Source: Neoconidiobolus thromboides FSU 785 (taxonomy: Eukaryota > Fungi > Entomophthoromycota). Taken from it: 64,000 nt of DNA. Positions 59,361 to 64,000 of the stretch are shown here, piece by piece; within the stretch, counting starts at the first letter, position 1; every line of letters begins with the position of its first letter. Position numbers and translations under genes: made by a program. The DNA is taken from contig MU626372.1 in assembly GCA_025603075.1 (NCBI GenBank), positions 2,982 to 66,981 of the forward strand, read 5' to 3'. The notes beneath the pieces were generated by a model. That model searched no databases. It was given only the letters and a program-made list of their open reading frames with translations, and was not told where the DNA came from.

Positions 59361-59452
59361 AATATTTATTTGTTCAAGGATTGTACTAGCAATCTTTCCG
59401 CTCAAATAGCATTTAAAAAACGGAAAAATAATGAAACTAAAAAACACCTTCA
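59361..59452 (+). mobile_element. MITE family 1 copy, left end lost
   Basis: AATCTTTCCGCTCAAATAGCATTTAAAAAACGGAAAAATAATGAAACTAAAAAACACCTTCA. Confidence 0.75.
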
Positions 59453-59502
59453 TGTATTGAACAATTTTAAAAATATAGTAAGAAAAACAGATTTACATAA
59501 TA

Positions 59503-59601
59503 TGGGGATGTATTTTTTTGTTTAAGAATTTTATTAACAATCTTTCCACTCAAATAGCGCTTAAAAAATGGAAAAGTAATGAAATAAAAAAAACGTCGCC
59601 A
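59503..59601 (+). mobile_element. MITE family 1 copy
   Basis: TGGGGATG...CGTCGCCA with TA/TA flanks. Confidence 0.9.
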
Positions 59602-60257
59602 TATATGTGCTTAATATTATGAAATCTGGTACTCAGTGGTTGGATTCAAGAGCAATTTTTGCTTAATTGCTTAATTGACTAGTTATAAGTTGAGAGGCCT
59701 TAATCTATGTAGTTAAGATAGACTTAAGTTGTGAAGAATAGGACGTAATATGCTACGGACTATGTAAGACAAATAGAATAGACAGTACTACTATAAAATC
59801 TATGTAAAATACTATCAGAAAGATTTGGTGGCTTTATTAAAGATATGATACCGGGGAATAATTCAGTTAAAAAGCCTTATGTTATTATGTTGAAGAATCT
59901 CTTTTATACTCCGACAAGTATGGACACCAAAACAAGAGAATGATGTTCTTTGCAGTGGGAAGTTAGAAATTCTCGCATCAAATCAAAATAAAAGGATTGG
60001 GATTGATTGCGTCTAAACTCGAGAACACAATGACTCAAGTAATTGTTATGTTATAATCAATCATAGAGCTGATAAAGTGACATTTTACAATATGCAACCA
60101 AAAAAAGTTATACAAGTTGCATAAATTCTATATTAATACTTAAAAAAGCATATCTAATAAAATTATTAAAAAATCAAATAATAGAAGTTATATAATGATT
60201 TTAAACTATTACAATAGACAGGCTATATCAGTATTAAAGTTAAGTATTTTATATTTA

Positions 60258-60486
60258 AAAATAATAAAATAATAAAATAATAAAATAATAAAATAATAAA
60301 ATAATAAAATAATAAAATAATANNNNNNNNNNNNNNNNNNNNNNNNNNNNNNNNNNNNNNNNNNNNNNNNNNNNNNNNNNNNNNNNNNNNNNNNNNNNNN
60401 NNNNNNNNNNNNNNNNNNNNNNAAAATAATAAAATAATAAAATAATAAAATAATAAAATAATAAAATAATAAAATAATAAAATAAT
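60258..60486. repeat. (AAAATAAT)n tandem repeat spanning a 100-N assembly gap (60323-60422)
   Basis: 8-mer units on both sides of the N run; true length unknown. Confidence 0.9.
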
Positions 60487-61569
60487 AGGCAAGTTTATTC
60501 TGATTACTTATCTGAAATATTAAGCTATAATTCGGTATGTAAAGAAAACTGTTTAATTAATCAAATGTTTGAGTTTTTATTTAAAAACTTTATAAAAATT
60601 GATATAAAAGTAAATATAAGTAGATATAGGAAATTATGTTAAACTTCAAAAGTTCCTATATTGTATATTTAAAAAAGTTATAAAACAATAGTTCAAATAT
60701 TAATATTGATTTTTTTATCAAACATTGTAAAAAGAAATAATCGGCGAACATTTTGAGAAAACTTTATAATAGAAAAATAGTTTTGAAGTATTAAGTAAAA
60801 AAAATATTAATTGATTAATTCCAAAGTTGAGATTTTTGTTTATGAACGCAATAAAATTAACAACTTAACATTTAATAATAAGAAAACAGATATAACTTTT
60901 TAAAAGTATTTCCATTTTATTAAGCACAATAAAGTACCTTATTATCTAGTATCTGATAAATCAAAAAATAGTGATATAATTTCAATTGAAATTATGAAGT
61001 CTATAGAAAATAGAAGAACTAAAAGATCAATCTTAACTTATCTTACAAAAATAACAGGAAATTTAAAAGTTTCAACATTTACTAAGCAAATAAGTAGCTT
61101 ATTAAGTGATAAGAGTCAATTATCAAATGTTAATATTATTTGAAGTATTAATATTTAGGTTAATAAATAGCCAAGAAGTAAGTAATTGTAGTTTTGGTGC
61201 TAACTGCTTCTTCCCATACAGCTATTTATTAACTTGGTAATATATTAATAATGCAACTATGATGTTAAAACGGTTTGTTTATTTGATAGGAAATCTGAAA
61301 TTTCGGCTATAAAGCAGCCAATAATAAGTATCTTTCAATGGATTTTTATAGGAAAATGTATTTATTTACATACAACTTTGATTAACATCGATATATAGAC
61401 CATATTAGTAAAAGCCTTATTAATCCAGGAGTTTTTATTAAATTTAGTAGAAATCCTGCTAACTCAGAGTACAAATTATAAAATAATTTAAACTGTGTCA
61501 GATATGTTTTTACTTTTTAATAAAGAATTTATTTTTATAGAGTAGGTTTCTAAGATATAAATTTCTTGG

Positions 61570-61608
61570 AAATTGAATAAAAAAATGAAGCCGATTTCGA
61601 CATCCCCA
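61570..61608 (+). mobile_element. Possible MITE family 1 right-end fragment
   Basis: AAAAAATGAAGCCGATTTCGACATCCCCA-TA resembles the element end. Confidence 0.35.
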
Positions 61609-61950
61609 TATTTAACGGATAAGCTTTATTCTTGCTTTTACCCTTGACTACTCGGGCTACTTATCATTGGGTAATTAATTCCTTCAAAATAACGGGATTT
61701 TAAAAAGCCGAAATTCAATACACATTTCCTGAATAGTGGGACAACTCCTAATTTACTAATAAGGTGATATTTCTTATATAAGACAGCGTAATACTAATAA
61801 TTAGTAATTAATAGCTATGTAGATATGCAATAAATTTTTTAAAAAGTTGTTGACATCATATTCTTTCATATGTGAATAGTCTAACAAGACAAAAGGATAT
61901 ATAAACAAATGATATTGAGTTTTTATCAGTAATTTAACTTATAACAAAGC

Positions 61951-63051
61951 ATGGGTTTAAAAGAACAAGTGCTGGTAAGTGGAGGAACAGGGTACTTAGC
62001 ACAGCAAGTCATCTTTGATTTGTTGGACCTTGGGTATATCGTTAATACCACAGTAAGAAAACTTCAAGATTCTAGATGCGATATATTGAATCAATGGAAG
62101 GAAGAATTCCCAAATCAACTGAATATATTTGAAGCTGATTTATTGAAAAAAAATTCTTTCCTTCCAGCATTGAAAGGATGTAAAGCTGTGTTTCATTTAG
62201 CCACCCCTGTTTTGTTTAAAAACCTGCCTACGGATCCATATGAAGAACAAGTCAAACCTGCAGTCGAAGGTATTCAACTTTCATGTAATAACAATAGAAA
62301 TACTAATAGATTTTAGGAACCCAAAATTTACTCGAAAGCATTTTAGAAATTGATACTATTACCGACATTATTGTGACTAGCAGCTTATCTTCAGTGTATA
62401 CCACTTTTGATGTCAAAGAGGGCTACTATACTGAAAAAGATTTTAACTATAATGAAACTATTGAATCAAGCCCTTATGCATACTCTAAAACCCAAGCTGA
62501 ATTAAAAGTATGGGAGTTTGAAAAGCAATACTCTAATAAATACAGAATTTTGACCGTCAATCCAGGTGTTATATTTGGACCATTGATTGGAGCTAAGCAA
62601 TTATCAATCAACGGAAAAGAAAGTAATGTAGGATTAGATTATATTAAAGACTATGTTAATGGAGTACATGAGTTTATTGATAAAGGCAAATTCTAACTTT
62701 AAATAATTAACAATAACTAACAACTAATAATTAGGTGGGCGTGCTTATGTTGATGTACGTGATGTAAGTGAAGCCCATATTCGGGCTTATGAAAATAAAA
62801 ATGCAAGTGGACGATTCATCTGCAATAACAGCTCTTTTTCTTGGAAAGAATTTTCAGGAATATTAAAGAAATTGTTACCCAATGCCCTTTTGCCATCTGT
62901 GATCAACCATAAATCAAAAGAAGAGCCTATACCTAAGTTTGATAATACCAAATCTAAAGAAATACTTGGTATTAATTACATCACATTAGAGACTTCTATT
63001 AGGGAGCAGTTAAAACAATTTAGCGATTTACCTTATCAGATTAAAGATTGA
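61951..63051 (+). CDS. NAD(P)-dependent epimerase/reductase (Gre2/Ari1/dihydroflavonol-reductase-like extended SDR), 3 exons (61951-62269, 62317-62685, 62735-63051)
   Basis: VLVSGGTGYLA, VFHLATP, PAVEG/TQNLL, VTSSLSSV, YAYSK, NPGVIFGP, YVDVRDVSEAH; intron 2 is GC-AG. Confidence 0.92.
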
Positions 63052-63341
63052 GCGTAATTATCTAATAAGTTCTTGTGGCTTATTATTATTTATAAATTTA
63101 TCGACAATCATATTAATAAATAGTATTCTTTTCGCTATAAAAAAATGTTCAATTCACTATTAATGATCTTCTAGAAAAAGCCTAAAAGTTTCTTTTCTTA
63201 GGCTTGTTATAGCAATTGCTAGCTATAGGTTTAAGTTTATGCAAATAAAGGACTCATCAGCTTATAGCACTTTGAAAATTAATTGTAACTCTAACACTAA
63301 AGATCAATCAAAAAATATTCCTTTATTATAAAATCTATCTG

Positions 63342-63440
63342 TGGAGCTGTTTTTTTTTAATTTTATTATTTTTCCATTTTTTAAGCGCTATTTGAGTGGA
63401 AAGATTGTAGTAAAATTCTTAAAAAACACATATCTCCCTA
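63342..63440 (-). mobile_element. MITE family 1 copy
   Basis: TGGAGCTG...CTCCCTA with TG/TG flanks; core TTTTTCCATTTTTTAAGCGCTATTTGAGTGG. Confidence 0.85.
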
Positions 63441-63864
63441 TGTTTTAAAAGTATGAGAAACATCATTAAACATCAAAGCTAATTCCAATAAGAATTAATG
63501 GGTGGTTGGCCTACTTTCACGTGAAGGATATGCAAAAATCTTTTTAATAAATTATAAAAATATTTATGTTATAAATCAATTTTGCGTATATCAAAAAAGA
63601 TACAGAATGTAAATTCAAACTTATTACAATAAAGGGAAATTTAAAAAAGCATTGAAAAAGCTAAAAGCTAGTAAGATCATACTTACTGTAACATTTTACT
63701 CGCATCTTAACCTTTATATTAAACATCGACACATAAAAGCTCATCTTAGCAGTTCATCTAAGTTGCAAAACCATTTTCCTTACTTATAAAGTGATAAAAT
63801 AAATGTTATTATTTTAAGTCTCTGTTGTTTTAGTATTTAGTATTTAGTATTTACTATTAGCTAT

Positions 63865-64000
63865 AAAAGATGATGTTAAGATAAATAAAGTAGAGCTTTA
63901 ATGATTTGATCTATGCAAAAAGCAATTAAACTGATAACTATTGATTCTAGTGATAAATTAAAATTTTGAGTAAATATAAAAAGCAATTCAGATTCATTCA
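63865..64000 (+). repeat. Copy of the upstream region of QSGIHRR precursor copy 3
   Basis: 63908-64000 reads identical to 57481-57573, including the TATA box. Confidence 0.9.

Noticed and set aside
60223-60492. 89-aa ORF across the N gap
   Set aside because: Artefact of the (AAAATAAT)n repeat and assembly gap.
1513-63440. MITE copies as a CRISPR-like or satellite array
   Set aside because: Copies are dispersed, in both orientations, with TIRs and no spacer periodicity; the DNA is eukaryotic.
1-64000. tRNA, rRNA or snoRNA genes
   Set aside because: No T-loop/cloverleaf or rRNA-like sequence was recognised by eye; tRNAscan-SE/Infernal were not run.

Overview
Very AT-rich fungal nuclear DNA with short (about 45-55 nt) spliceosomal introns. 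The gene content and composition suggest an early-diverging fungus such as Conidiobolus (Entomophthoromycotina); this is inference and was not checked against any database. Recognisable genes are an atypical Rho/Ras-like GTPase, a cytochrome P450, two GH72 Gas1-like glucanosyltransferases, a PSTAIRE kinase (PHO85), a Kin1/MARK-like kinase, a mitochondrial phosphate carrier, two tandem inorganic pyrophosphatases, proteasome alpha-5 and an NAD(P)-dependent reductase with a GC-AG intron. The window is dense in locally duplicated orphan, secreted or surface genes. The most striking is a family of secreted precursors built from repeats ending in AQSGIHRR (Kex2-type sites), followed by a Gly/Trp/Cys-rich and Asn/Asp/Phe-rich tail. 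It has 3 intact copies, 1 pseudogene and the promoter of a probable 5th copy at the window edge, and the four copies whose leaders lie in the window share a TGTTTA-N5-TAAACA dyad. Also present: four ORFs with a shared C-terminal YTLxL[ST]L[ST]P motif, a Kelch-like single-pass receptor plus a nonsense-disabled paralog, a spliced 69-aa mitochondrial-type microprotein missed by the ORF track, about 28 whole or partial copies of a 100-bp MITE with apparent 2-bp target duplications, and signs of gene conversion between inverted paralogs. No rRNA, tRNA or CRISPR was recognised.
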